DNA of 64,000 nt. Origin: Mytilus edulis. Lineage: Eukaryota. The translations under genes were made by a program, and so were the position numbers. The DNA is taken from assembly GCF_963676685.1 (NCBI RefSeq), contig NC_092344.1:88226001-88290000 (forward strand). The letters run 5' to 3'. Below the pieces are notes generated by a model. It did no database searches. It was given only the letters and a program-made list of their open reading frames with translations, and was not told the origin of the DNA. Shown here in pieces: positions 49,481 through 63,500 of the stretch; within the stretch, counting starts at the first letter, position 1, and every line of letters starts with the position of its first letter.

Positions 49481-52099
49481 AAATGTAAGTGTTGTGGTCA
49501 CTATACCATGACCAATTGGTTGACCATTACTTTTTGTATGTATCTCAACTCAATACAGTCATCATGATGTAGTCATGTTATCGCAGTCTTAAGATATTTA
49601 GATGTTGGAATTGTCGTCTTATCTGTAATTTAACTGACTGTGTGCTATTCCGGAATGTGACATTGTATCTCAATGGATTCGCATGACAGGTGATGCATAA
49701 ATCAAGAAACGCTTACCCTGTTAACGCATCGGGCTTGTTCCTTTTGAAGTTCATACTGCCACTTCTGTTTTTGTTTGTTACCTTGGTGGATAATATTAAT
49801 AATATTCCAGAATATTTCTTCCTTTTGGAACTTATATTATGAAGGAACTTCTATTCCGTGACAGTGTCTCTTCATAATTAATTTATGAGAAATGAACATC
49901 GGTGAACAACTGGTGCCTTTAACTCGTGTAGACGAACGCGCAACTGTCGAATTAAACTATATAACGAGTTTTTGTTTAAAACCAACAAGGATATGCCATT
50001 GTTGGTGGATGTCTTTTTTTCCACTAGAGTATCACCAGCCCAATAATTAGAGCTGTAGTTGGAATTCAACTTTTTTTTTATTGATTTTTGTTTTTGATTC
50101 CAGCGACCTTGAAGCTGACAAATAAAGTTAAGAATGGGAATAGGTAATATGTTAAAGAAACAACGACCCGACAAAAGCAGAAAACAGCCAAAGGTCACCA
50201 ATGGGTCTTCAAAACAGGGAGAAAATCCAGCACCATGAGGTGGGCTTCAGCCGGCTCTTAAACACAATGTATACTAGTTCTGGAAAAATGGTCGTCAGAT
50301 TAAACTCCAAAACATATAAAAAAACTAAATTAAAAAAAATTAAAAGATCAATAAAGGCCATAGGCTCCTGACTTGGGGTAGCCACAAACTTGCGCTGTTG
50401 TTAAACATGTTTAGAGGTGTCACAAATACATATAAGATTAACAAAGTCAAGAGGATCCTTATTTGGGACATGCGCAAAATTGCGGCGGAATTAAACATGT
50501 TTTGATATTTGTGAGATCTGAATCATCCCCTATACATCTAGCCAATGTAGAATAAACAAATAAATAGCAATAATCACAGTAAAGTCTGTTTGAGAGAAAT
50601 ATGAGTCCGATTTCAGAAAAAAAACCATTCATCTTGCATCTTAAATAAGTTGTTTTGTATTGGTTTTAAATTTTACTTGTACAATTCGTTGTCATGAGTA
50701 TGGAACTGAAACTCGTATATTAGTAGTCAAAGAAAATATTTGTTAGAACCCATTCACGAGTCAAATTATGTCAACAAAAATTTACTCACACAGTTATACC
50801 ACGATTTTAGTGTGCATAGCACTTTAACTGGAACAACGTTTTCCTTATTATTATATACCCACAAGCCAAATACAATGAAACGTTGGGTACGTGAATTTGA
50901 AAATGTCTACAGTAAACAGCACAGCAAACACTTTTAAAGCAAACTTTGCATTAGAAACTAGTATCTGTGTCAATCTTTTTTCAAAATGTATGACCCCCAT
51001 TTTATAAACTAAGTATTGGGCTTCTTTCACTTTTAGTCTCAAGAATACAGGTCTGATGTCTGGAAAAACACATGTCACAAACTTCTTTATATCATAATTA
51101 TCGGTCTCTTTGCGACTAAGGAATTTTGATTGTCCCTTTGGTATTTGTCGCATTTTTTCGTGGCGCCCATGTATTGATATGTTATGTGTAAATAACTGTA
51201 TCTATAATTGTCTGATAAATAGTAGCATAAGTTATATTTCTAGACTGAACTTCTTAGAGCTTGACATTGTATTGATAACTGCTTACTGTTGAAAGCCTTT
51301 GAATGACTCATTGATGACCGTTGTTTATTTTCTCGCCCGGTTTCTGTTTCAGTGACTTATAGCCCACATGACATTTTATTTTTTAATTAGACAAAACTTA
51401 TTGTATTCAAATTGGTTTTCTTTTTTATAATACTATAAATATTACTTCTGCTGACCTGACTATCTTTACATTGTGGACGGAAACTTTGATATTACTGAAC
51501 GGATATGTTTTTTTCTGTGGCTTTTGACAACGGAAAACAATGTTTTGCTGTACTATTCAATTGCTTCCTTCGAAAATCAATACGAAGTTTAACATATATA
51601 GGAGAGTAACATCTTACAATTGATTATTGGTCACATGACGGAAAAGATAATGTTTTAGCCAATTAAACACCTCAGTAAATGGAGAAAAAAAAGCGTCAAG
51701 TTAGAAAGTTAGTTTGATTCTAGCAAATGAGTTATTTGTAAATTTAAAATTATACAATAAAAAATCTTTTATCTTATTACAATTTGTATGTTCCATGTTA
51801 CCTATCTGGTGGTTTCATGCTTTCTAAAGGGCACTCCCGTGTGGGATTTAAAACTTAAATATAAAATTACTTGTTCAGTAACAACATTTAACTATTGAAA
51901 TGTCTTTATAAATGTATAAATCACATCATTGTTACTTCAATAACAATAGGAGTGAAAAGTAAAAGGTTTTTTAAGACACTATATGTCCCTGTGGTGTCAT
52001 GTTTCAGCCAAAAGATATGTTATATATTGTTTATGATAAATCTAGAACAAATTGTTGTAATAAATTCGTTTTTTAGTCTACAATTATATTTTTGCTACA

Positions 52100-53140
52100 G
52101 TTTTAACATATGCTTTTCAGCTTTGTACTTTATTTTGTCTTTTTAACTATTTTTTTTATTCGAGCGTCACTGATAAGTCTTTTGTAGACGGAACGCGCGT
52201 CTGGTGCAAATACAAAATTTCAATCCTGGTATCTATCATGAGTTACCATATAACCATTGGGTCGATGCCACTGCTTGTGGAGTTTTTATTCCCCGAGGGT
52301 ATCACCAGCCAAGTAGTCATCACTTCCATGTTGACATTAAATATCATTGATAAGGTCATTATTATAAATGAACTGTTTACAAAACATTGAATTTTTGAAA
52401 TACCAAGGCTTTTTTTTTTTACCTCAGAAATATATTACCGTACCTATATTTGGCAAAACCTTCAGGAAATTTTTGTCCTCAATGCTCTTCAGCTTCGAAC
52501 TTTACTTAGCTATTTTGTTTTAACTTGTCAGGATTCGAGCTTCATTGGGCAGTCTTTTATAGACAAAACGCGTGTCTGGAGCAAATACAAAATTTAAATC
52601 CTGGTATCTATGATGTGTTTATTTACAACCACTGAGTCGATGCCACTGCTGGTGGAGTTTTTCCACCCAAGGGTATCACCAGCTTACTTGACATGAAATA
52701 TCATTGTTCAACTTGTTGCCTTTTGATGGCTGTTGTTCGTGTGTTTCTTTGTCAATTGTATTCTCCAATTTATTTATATTGCAGTGTTGAGTTGTCATCT
52801 TAATGTTATACCCCGATTTTGTTTTTTGTCCATGGATTTATGAGTTTGAACATCGGTATACTAGTACTGTTGCCTTAATTGACATGGTCATAATTATAAA
52901 TGAACTGTTAACAAAAATTTGAATTTTTGAAATACTAAGGCTTTTCTACCTTATGAATAGATTACCTTAGCGGTATTTTGCAAAACCTTTAGAAAATGTT
53001 TGCCCTCTTCAACTTCGTTCTTAAATTGGTCTTTTTAACTTGATGTGATTTGAGCGTCACTGATGAGTCTTTTGTAGATGGGACGCGTGTCTGGCGCAAA
53101 AATTAAATTTCAATCCTGGAACCTATGATGAGTTTATTTA
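52100..53140 (+). mobile_element. Tandem retrozyme array with three mutated hammerhead cores (near 52164, 52538, 53054)
   Basis: Repeated ACCACTGGGTCGATGCCACTGCTGGTGGA..GAGGGTATCACCAGC units. Cores read CTGATAA/GGAA, TTGGGCA/AAAA and CTGATGA/GGGA. The second unit carries a ~170-bp foreign insertion. Confidence 0.8.
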
Positions 53141-53809
53141 TACTTATTTTTTTAATTCTATATAGATATTTTTCTTCAATTTCATCAAGCGCATCACACT
53201 ATAATATGACCGATTCCAGTCACCTTTGTATAATTTTTGATTCGATACAGCATGTATCTTTAATTATCTCCCCCCCCCTCCCAAGTTGGAAAAAGGCATG
53301 TATACGAATGCTTGTATAGGATCCGTTCTAAATATAATGTATTTTGCAGCTTTAGTTGTTAGTGCTGTTAAACCCTGTATTCAACATATTTAAGTTGATT
53401 TCGCTCTAATTTCATAATATCAGCAGATCGGTAGTTTAGTACATCATTACCGAAGAGACATCTTGGTAGAACATAATGTCTGCTAAAGCTTAGCGGATAC
53501 TAACAGTAACAGTCCCTTGCGAATTTGTAATCATTGTCCCATAAATGCATAGATAGTCCCCCCAATCCCCCCGGTTTCAGTGAGGTTCGATTCTGATAAA
53601 AAAAAGAGGGACGAAAGATACCAAAGGGACAGTCAAACTCATAAATCTAAAACAAACTGACAACGCCATGGCGTCTTTAGGTTTATGTTTTATGTTTTGT
53701 TTTTCTTTCCCACTTTTGTTTTTTTTTACCGTGTACTCTATAGTTTATCTTGACTTATGGCAGTTTGCTGTCATTTGATATTTCCGTACTTCGAATTTCA
53801 GAATGTTTT

Positions 53810-54075
53810 CTATTTAGTCTTGTTGAACAGAAATATGGTTACCAATGTGATATCTCATCTGTATTATATATCTGCCTATTTAGTCTTGTTGAACAGAAAT
53901 ATGGTTACCAATGTGATATCTCATCTGTATTATATATCTGCCTATTTAGTCTTGTTGAACAGAAATATGGTTACCAATGTGATATCTCATCAGTATTATA
54001 TATCTGCCTATTTAGTCTTGTTGAACAGAAATATGGTTACCAATGTGATATCTCATCTGTATTATATATCTGCCT
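53810..54075. repeat. 66-bp minisatellite x4, about 440 bp upstream of the C1qDC start
   Basis: Unit CTATTTAGTCTTGTTGAACAGAAATATGGTTACCAATGTGATATCTCATCTGTATTATATATCTGC at 53810, 53876, 53942 and 54008. Confidence 0.95.
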
Positions 54076-54515
54076 TTTGGCGAACGGAGACATTATGCTT
54101 TAGCAGTGTTTCATCCTCTTTTGGTTCTTCCCATACAATCTTGTCCACATAACTTTTTTGTATTTATTTACCCCACTGTCTATTCATATTGGACATGTCA
54201 ATTTTAGATGAAAGTAAATAAATGAGTAAAATTCAATATTGTTTAGCTCATCGCATCGACCTCACAGCTTACCATTTGCTATACATATTAAATGTGGAAA
54301 ATAAACATGTTGTATATACTCCTGATGTTCGTTTTGTCTATTGAATTTAATAAAACTATAAACAAACCACTGGGAACGTTCTAAATATGATATAGATAAG
54401 ATAATGTTAAATTAGGAAATAACTGTCGTTCTACCTTATCTTGAGGACACGAGGTATTCAAATATCAATGACACACTGTATGTAATATAGTGCTCATTAA
54501 AACAAACAAAAAACC

Positions 54516-55962
54516 ATGAAATCATGTTGGTATGTATTTTGGAACGTTTGTCTCGTGTTTGCAACGTTTAAAACCTGTTCTACCTTGCCGGAAAGCATAG
54601 AGACAGTGTATAATTCTGGGCCTTCAGAATATAGGAATATACAAGCGGCATTAAAAGACTTAGAAGATAAGTTAACTGCGCAATTTCATTTTAAAGTCCT
54701 GGAATTGGAAGAAAAATATGATAAACAAATGCGAAAAATGAAAGAAGCTATTGTTCAGCACGAAATTGAAATCAGGCGTCTAAAGAAAGTGGAGGAATTG
54801 TCTAAGATAGAAAAAGAGCAGGCAGTAAAAATACAGGATGATGTGGAACATTTGAAGTTAATATGTAACAAATGGCAGACATTTTTCAACGAAAGTGATT
54901 TTGTTTCGGGACAGACTGACGCTGAAGGCTCTGTGTTTAACCATGAGACACCCCAGAGAGTAAGAAAAGATGAACAAGAACAGATTTATGGTGATGATCG
55001 TGGTAAAGGTAGATATTCAATATGACTGGTTTTGCTCATGGTATAATCCTATTACAACATATAATGCGAGCCTACAATTATAAAAGAGAGCGAAAAATAC
55101 CAAAGGGATATTCAAACTCATAAGTCGAAAATAAACTGACAATACAAACTTCCGATTCGATTTAGTAGGTACCGCTCGGTTTGAAAAGTCAATCCTCGCG
55201 GATACTATTCGCCTTACTGTTGAATTAGTATGATTTAAAAACATTTTGACTTTATCTTCGGTATAAATACGTAATTTGCAGAGTTGAGCTAATGATTATA
55301 AGACCCATGTGGTTATGATTTTTTATAAACTAAACGTGTTATGCATTTTGTATACATTGAATGTCTATAAGATAACGTATTCATTATATTAGTATAATTC
55401 AGTTGTAATCCGTATTATACATATTGAACAATGAAATATAATGTCAAACGTATGAAGTATAAAACGTAATGTATGATTAATGTTTTCTTTTTCGTTTATA
55501 GCAAAAAGACTTCTCCTTGGAACTACTGCACCGACAACAGAGTCAACAGTGGCATTTTATGTCTATCTGAGCCACAGCGAGACGAAAATTGGACCACACC
55601 ATACGTTGCTTTTTGACTATATAGAAACAAATGTCGGTAACAGTTACAACAAGCATACTGGCGCATTTATTGCACCAATGAGGGGTGTTTATCTATTTTC
55701 TTACACCGTGTTTTCTGAACGACAGGGATACGGTTCATTTGAGATTGTTGTCAATAGTGCAAGTCGCGGATCAATATTTGTTGAAAATGGGGGAGCACAA
55801 TCTGTCTACACAGGTTCAACTGGAGTTGCTGTCTTGCTTTTAAACCAGGGAGATGCATGCACTATACGCACTCATTCTACATACGCATCTACTGGAACAA
55901 TCCGTAGCGGGAAATTAATGCGCACATCATTTAGTGGCTTGATAGTTGGACATATGATGTAA
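54516..55962 (+). CDS. C1qDC: Secreted C1q-domain-containing protein (signal peptide, coiled coil, globular C1q), about 317 aa; exons 54516-55008 and 55502-55962
   Basis: Exon 1 has a hydrophobic N-terminus and a heptad-like charged region. The phase-1 donor AAAG|GTAGAT (alternative G|GTAAAG at 55002) joins acceptor TTTATAG|C in frame. Exon 2 carries the C1q motifs VAFYVYL, LLFDYIETNVG.SYN..TG.F.AP..GVYLFSY, L.LNQGD and TSFSG. AATAAA at 56023-56028. Confidence 0.92.
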
Positions 55963-57879
55963 TGAAATGAGAACTTATCACATTATGTTTGAACAATATG
56001 TGTTCTTATGATATATAGACAAAATAAATAAAGTATATTACTGTATAGTATATTATTATTTTCTTCTTTTACTTAAACCTTAAATGATCTGTTTTCAAGT
56101 GGGAATGTGTTCTACTTCTTATAGTCTGAAAACACGTATTTATGTAAATGCAAAATTCCTGAAGTTTTTTACATGTATATCTAATGTAAAATCTTTAGGG
56201 ATGTTTTTTTTTTATTCAGAACACTTAATCAACCTTTCTTTAGTTTATAGATATACGGAGATGTGAAATGAGCGCCAATTAGACAACTCTCCATACACGT
56301 CACAACTTGTAAAAGTAAACCATTATAGGTCAAATTACAGCCTTCCACACAGAGCCTTTGCTCTCACCAGACGGCAAGCTATAAAGGGCCCCAAAAATAA
56401 CTAGTGTAAATAAACCATTTAAACAGGACAACCAACGGTCTGGTCAATTTAAAAAAAAACGAGAAATGAGACACTCTTAAGAACGAAATATAAAAACGAC
56501 AACCACTGAAGATCAGGCTTTTCTTTGTGTTATTGAGAAGTATACCAGGTACAAAAATAAATACTTGAAGATTGATTGATTGCAGTTTGCTATACGCCAC
56601 ATCAGCACAAAAAGGTTATATATCGGAGCGAGAATATACATCAAGACCATCGTGTATTATTTGTTATGCTGATACAGAAAATTTACAGCCATTGGTATCT
56701 TCCGATGAACCTTTTTAAAAAGAAAAAAGACGAGGCGTTGATTCATTGGCTTTTTGCTCAGACACTGGTGACGGTCGATAAAGTCTGCCTGCAGCAGCTG
56801 CAAGCACTTGAACATCGAATAATGACCAATTCATTATCGTCGCATTATAATTCTTATTGACGATATGACTACTTACTTGTTGTAAAAGAATATAGACACA
56901 GGAAAAGACTACTGCTTTGTCTCTCGCTATCGCTATGATGAGACGGCAATCCGTCGATGACTTTATACATAAGAAATAAAAATAACACATTATACACGTT
57001 ATTCGTCCGAAGCATTTTTCTTGATTTACCTTTATCAGAAACGCTCAAAGCCGAATATTTGATAGCCAATAATGCGCAAGAACCGAAACAGCTAAAGAGC
57101 TTTATAAAAATAGATGTTTCAAAGCGACACGAATGGCCCGTCTCAAAAAGTTGAAAAATCTGCAATTTTAATAACACATGATGTGGACACAAACATGATG
57201 GTGGTCTCACATATCAAAAATCAGCTTAATATCTGATGACGTTTAGAAAAAAACTCCGTGGAATTACGGAATTTCGGACAAGGGTAAAACTATATGGAAC
57301 AGACAACTTCGTTGCGGGGCCATAAAAAGCACATAAGAAAGACAAATCCATCTGAGGTCAACTTTGCCTGAGGGTTTGTTCGTCCGTAACATATTACTCT
57401 TTTGAGCGATAGGCATGTTTATGCTTTCTATGTTGCTACTTTATGGAAAATTCTGGATATCTGACGTAAATTGGTAATCTATCATTATCGAAACCTTCGC
57501 ATAGTTCTATTTACTTGTTTGTAATTTATAGACAAACTGCCATGTAAAACAGTAACTATAAGGGCAAAAGATAAACCGTGGTATAATTCAGAAATGAAAA
57601 ATCAAATATAAGGATACCAGATCATGTGCACACCATGACTAGCCATTGTTCTATCCACCAACTGATTGAAATTTACCATATAAACATATGTTTGGCCCTT
57701 GAAAATTGTTATACTGTATCTACTGATATCGAAAAATTTACACTTGAAAACCTGGTGATTTTAAAAGCGGTGTCCCTCAAGGATGTGTTTTGGGTTCTCT
57801 TCTTCTCTCAATATATAAAAATGGTATTGCAGATCACTGCAAATGGTTATCGCAGTTATTTGCCTCACTTTCGCATTCA

Positions 57880-58420
57880 TATCAGTGAAATGGAAATTAA
57901 CTAAATTCTGACTGTCTGAACAATGGAAAGTGAATTTCAATCCTCAAAATACTGAATCATCGGCATGATATTTGCAACCTTGTGATTAACTGAGAAACAC
58001 TGATATTGTTTTTAAAGGCGAAGAAATACACTATAAAAAAATCATAAACATTTGAGTATTTACATTAAATGTAGATTTTCAATGGAGTTATTACATTTAC
58101 AATTTCGTTAAAAACACGACAAAACAAATCTCTTTCAGCGGAAAATTACATTTGCTCTCCAGAGAGAACTCGGGGAAAATGTTTTTTATCTACGGTAATA
58201 ACTATTAATTCTAGAATATGCTTGTGAAGTATGGGATGGTTGTACCAACCAGAACATCATAAAACTGGAACAAGTTCAAAATGAAGCCGCCTGGTAGTAT
58301 TATTACTAGGTTACAGAAAATTTCAAGTGATGAATCGTTATATTTTAAGACAGGGTGGGAATCTTTACAATCAAGAAGAAGCAGGAGAAAATTTTTTTTT
58401 TTATAAAATAAAAAAAGGAA
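57880..58420 (+). mobile_element. Degenerate CR1-group LINE ORF2 fragment
   Basis: WKVNFNPQ.TE, HKHL and LEYACEVWDGC......KLEQVQNEAA...GWESL..RR, with stops and frameshifts. Confidence 0.7.
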
Positions 58421-59090
58421 CAAAACACAATGGTTTCTAATTTTTACTGGAAACCGGATGACTTAAGTGTAAGCTACTTTTTAAAAATCTCTTGCAATTT
58501 TTTTCACGAGACAATCGACGTATATCTTAAGGAATACATGTGATTATAGATTGATTGATTGGTTGAAAATTGCGTTAAACACCAATAATACCAATCAATC
58601 CATAACAACTTTGGTGTCTTTTTCATGTAAAGAGTCTCACTGGTAGATGTTGTTTATATTTGTGCTTCATCCACCACTGCTTTAATTATTGGAATGAGGG
58701 TGTATCGTGAGATAGTGAATAGCTAATCATTAATTTTGTACAAACCTGCGTGGACCGATTTTTATTCTTTTCGTTATTTGTATGTTTTTTTAGTGGATAC
58801 GTTGTTTAAAAGTGCTGGTATGTGCATTTTGAGAGTCCTGATGATGCAAGTTTACAGGCAGTGAATGTTAAAGTTCTAATGCTGATCAGGTCAGAAAAAA
58901 TATATAATTAAGAGTTATATTTTGTAACTGGATAAGGAAATACTTTGTCTCATGTTACGAAATATTTTGCAGACAGTTACATTAAAAGTATACAGTGACT
59001 ATCATATAAAGTGGGAATAAATCCAAAAACTTATCATGAATAAAACATAGGTTACCTTTGACAAAACAAAATAATCAACAACAGTTACAC

Positions 59091-60553
59091 TTATTGCGAC
59101 TCTGCTTCTCCCGTCCATGTGTTAAAAGTAAATTCTTGTATTTTATGTAGTATTCATACTATGTAGGAATATAGATAGGGCATCAAGTCTGTAAGGCTAG
59201 TTTTGAACTTTAAATGTTAAATTTATCATTGATTAATGCCCATATGCTAAATGGAGGTGGGAACAGCCTCTTTTATATGAACTTTTATAACTTAACATAG
59301 AGACGTCCTAATCCGTTAAAGATATAATAGTGCTTATCTAATCCTATTAAAGAATCAAACATACCAATTTAACTTAACTCTAAACAACAATACTTTCATT
59401 TAAATGTTATTGTTTCTGGTTGGTTGCAAGTAAAGAATGGTAGAGAAAAAGACATAAATATACTTAAATGTTATGATCCGTTTTAAATATTAAATTTCAT
59501 TTTAAGGAATCTAACTACGATTCAGGTAGAAAAATTGTTAACGTGTATGTTTGTTCGTAAAAATCAAAGTGCGGTGATAGTGGTATAAGAAATTTTGATT
59601 TTAGTTTCACACGGTTTTCTTATGCATACCAAAGTATGTTTCATTTAAATTGAATCTACATTTTGTATCTAATTCAAATCAAATTTAGCCAGTTCAAATA
59701 TACCTATGAACCAACAATGGGCGGACATACAGTCTTTTTCCGTCATTTAAAATATAATGAGTCTTAGTTTATTTATAAAAAAACGGCACTCGGAAAAAGC
59801 AAATATTATTTTTCTGATGAATTGCCGAAATCAGAATTTGTTTACATAACGTTATTGTTAGATTTGCTTTCAATGAATTTAAACACTCAAATTGACAGAA
59901 AGATTATTAATTAAAAGGGTTTGAAGTTTAAGCGATAAAGAATAAAAGAAATAATCTGAAAAATGAAAGATTAACTTATGGATTATATGAACCGAGCAAT
60001 GACACTACACCATAAAAGTGAATTAGTGCTATTGTCGTCGGGCAATGAGACACCTAACAACAAATGTTAATATGAAAGTGAGAACTTCAATATAACATTA
60101 TTATTCAAACATTTTAAAATCTCGAGTGTTATAACCAGGATTCCGTATAAGATCGGATATTGATAAATAAACATACATAATACTTGACTTCAAGGAGAAC
60201 GAAGATATGAGTATATGATCAGATTTATTAGTGCTTTCCTTAAATAATTTACAAATATACCTCTTGGATAAATTTTGAATACTTACTCAAATACACAATG
60301 GAGAAATGGACATGGAATTTCAGAAATATGGATCATCTTCATGTAGCAGTAAACTCTACTATCAGACATATTATGCAAAATGAAAGAAGTAAAAAATGGA
60401 GCAAGGTTAGTTGTTTTAAATATGTTCAAATCTAAAAAATACATTCAACATATAACATTAGTTATTTTATTGCGACTCTGCTTCTCCCGTCCATGTGTTA
60501 AAAGTAAATTCTTGTATTTTATGTAATATTCATACTATGTAGGAATATAGATA
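59091..60553. repeat. 87-bp direct repeat pair (59091-59177, 60467-60553), one mismatch
   Basis: TTATTGCGACTCTGCTTCTCCCGTCCATGTG...GGAATATAGATA occurs twice, 1376 bp apart. Confidence 0.9.
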
Positions 60554-63500
60554 AACTCTAATGCCCTCAGATTGTAAAAATGCATTGCTGGTCACCGTTA
60601 ATTTTCAAGCCTATTGGCAGAAGTACATATACTAATTATGGTAAGTTTAAGGAGCTCTAGTGGTAGATTGATTGATTGATTGTTGGTTGCCGTTCAAACG
60701 TCCAGTGCCGAATATGTCATGCATGTTCAGGACGAGAACAAATTAACAATAAATACAATGGATAGGTCCTATTATAGAGGCCGTTCGGGATGAAGGCTGG
60801 GAATTGTATACTGCCACTGGAAAACGGAGAGCATGGCAACATTGAGAGGTTGTAACTACCTTGCAAAATCACGAATAAATGGGCGTACAGATGATCTTCA
60901 GTGTAGTTAGTTAAATCTAATACTGAAAATTAAAGAATTAGTATTAGATTTTGTATAATTAAGACATGCAATGTAGAAAACAAACCGATTATAAAGTCAA
61001 GGGATTGGTTTGGATTTATTTCGTATAAAAAGTTGAAAGTAAATAAAGAATAAAATATCATACACTCCATTCCTAAGCTTACTGTGGCTGTAACTACAGA
61101 AGTGTTTATGAACGCTTTTAACTTTAGAACCATAATATCAGCTAATAGAAGCTAGGAGGCAATAAACTTGACACTTGAAATAAATTAAATAAAATGACAA
61201 AGTATACTTGTTAGAAAATGTAAAGCCGAATAAATACATGCTGATAACGGATTAAATAAAATCAAAATTTCACTTTTATCGTTAAAGTTTTATTACATTG
61301 GCGTGTTTACATATAATAATACCTGGACACTTTTTATTCATTCAAACAGAGTAGCATTAACATATGAAATATACAAATTAAATTCTCTATGTCAGTGTTT
61401 GATTAAAGATTTTATATTTCTATACATGTTTCGTTATGATGTATTAAAATATGCTTTCTCCTATTAAATTTATACACATTTATGAGTTCTCTATTGAAAT
61501 CGATGATGTCTCTTTTCAAAATAAATGATACTTGACATAAATCTCAATAATAATAACGAAAACAATATAAAGTTTGGTGGCATAAGCTGAATAGGTGTTA
61601 AATGAACATTGGCACATATTACATAAATATTAGAACAATAATGTGTATGTGCTTTGTACTTGACCAACACACCAGCCAGAGTTTTACGTGGTATTTTACT
61701 GACAATATAATATCGTAGGAAAGCAAGCCCTCTCCCACCAAAGCAATGCATCCACAGTGATTTGACTTGGTTTTCATTATTTAAAATAAATAAAATGAAA
61801 AAGGGGTAAAATAGTGTGATGATGATGCGTATTATTATGTACATTGTAGAGGATGAAATCCGTTTGAAATTACCTTTAATTACATTTTTTATCCAATTTT
61901 ATTTTACGACAGAAATATACCACTATCAACCTTTTGCCAGGGTTTTTGGAAGGTGTTTATTATCAGTATGGAGATAGAAATATTCTTTTTTTGAAAGAAA
62001 AATATGAATGAATATATCACATGGATATCCAATCGATTTTCGTTTGGGGTTTCATAGTCGACGTCAAAATCAAAAGACTTCAGTATAAACCCTACTTTTT
62101 TGCTGATCTTGTAGGTATTGTGTCTTTTCCGAATTGATTATTTTCCTCGTTGAAAATATAGACATCTAATTATTAAAAAGATGGTTCCTATTCAATATAA
62201 TTCTATAACTGTCAATTTCATTTGCTCTAGGTTATAGAAAATTATAAGATACTGCTCTTTATGGTTAGCAAAAAGAACCTCCCTGAAGATTACGAACCAC
62301 CGCCATCATACAATATGCTGGTGAGTACATTGCATTGATTGCACATTTATCATTAGGCTCTCTATGTGCTAAAGTTCTGGCCTACTGTTTGGTAAAAGAG
62401 GGACGAAAGATAGCAAAGGGACAGTCAAACTAATAAATCTAAAACAAACTGAGAACGCCATGGCTAAAAATGAAAAAGACAAACAAACAACAGCACACAT
62501 GACACAACATAGAAAACTAAAGAATAAACAACACGAACCCCACCAAAAAACTAGGGGTGATCTCAGGTGCTCCGGAAGGGTAAGCAGATCCTGCTCCACA
62601 CGTGGCACCCGTCGTGTTGCTTATGTGATAACAAATCCGGTAAATAGTTTAAATTCGGTAGAACGACGTAAGGAACATATCCGATATCATTTGTGAAACG
62701 GTTATTCCATAACGGTCAACCAACTCGTGATGGCGTCCGTAAAATTTACGAAGGGAAGATTTCAACTTCACCATTTGGAGCAGCAACCCTCTATCAAGTA
62801 AATCATGATAGGAAAGGCTAGCACGGAAATATCGTATCAATTTGGAGATATATTCTGCTGGAATGTTGCTACTTAGAAATGGAACTTAGGCTATAGCTTC
62901 AAAATAAACCGATATAAAATTCTTAAAGTTTGCCGACTATTTGACTATTTAGAGTGCCAGAAGCAATACGACTGTTAAAATTCATTTATTTTTACAAAAA
63001 TGTTTCAGTGCTTAACATAAAACTATACATATACGATGAGAAATTATTCTTAAAAATTCATTGTAAGGAATTCACATGGACATTGATTGCATCAACAAAG
63101 TTTCCGAAATGTCGTTATGTTTGTGCATGTTGGCATACCTTTATTTCTAAAATGCTGATACATATATCCTGAAAAAACAATTATTTATTCCGAGAACCTC
63201 GTTTTTTAGTTAATTGAACATGAAAAAAAGGAAGTTGACCATTAACACCAAGACTTTTAATATCTCGAAAGTAGATATTTTTTTATTTTAAGGTGCAATT
63301 AAAGACCATTGGAAACAACAATTATTTTTAAACAAAATGAACAATCAAAAATAAAAAAAAATACGTTATTGTCGTATTGATGATCATGCACATGTGTATA
63401 TGTAATAGCTGTACTTGTTTACTTGTTTTTTTGACTATGGTAAATAATGGATTTATTCACATTCGTCCCCAAATCTCTTTATTTCATAATGCATTTGATG

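Noticed and set aside
53750-54152. Two overlapping repetitive ORFs (117 and 131 aa)
   Set aside because: By-product of a 66-bp tandem unit that lacks stops in two frames.
40100-54400. Further mytilin exons or other host genes upstream of mytilin C
   Set aside because: No MK..ILA, Cys-array or TEQGETG signatures seen by eye, only repeats and AT-rich low-complexity ORFs. A weak remnant could have been missed without a search.
56520-57210. Cluster of overlapping 65-113 aa ORFs downstream of C1qDC
   Set aside because: They overlap a decayed minus-strand Penelope-like thumb fragment and a hammerhead-like repeat; no coherent gene structure.
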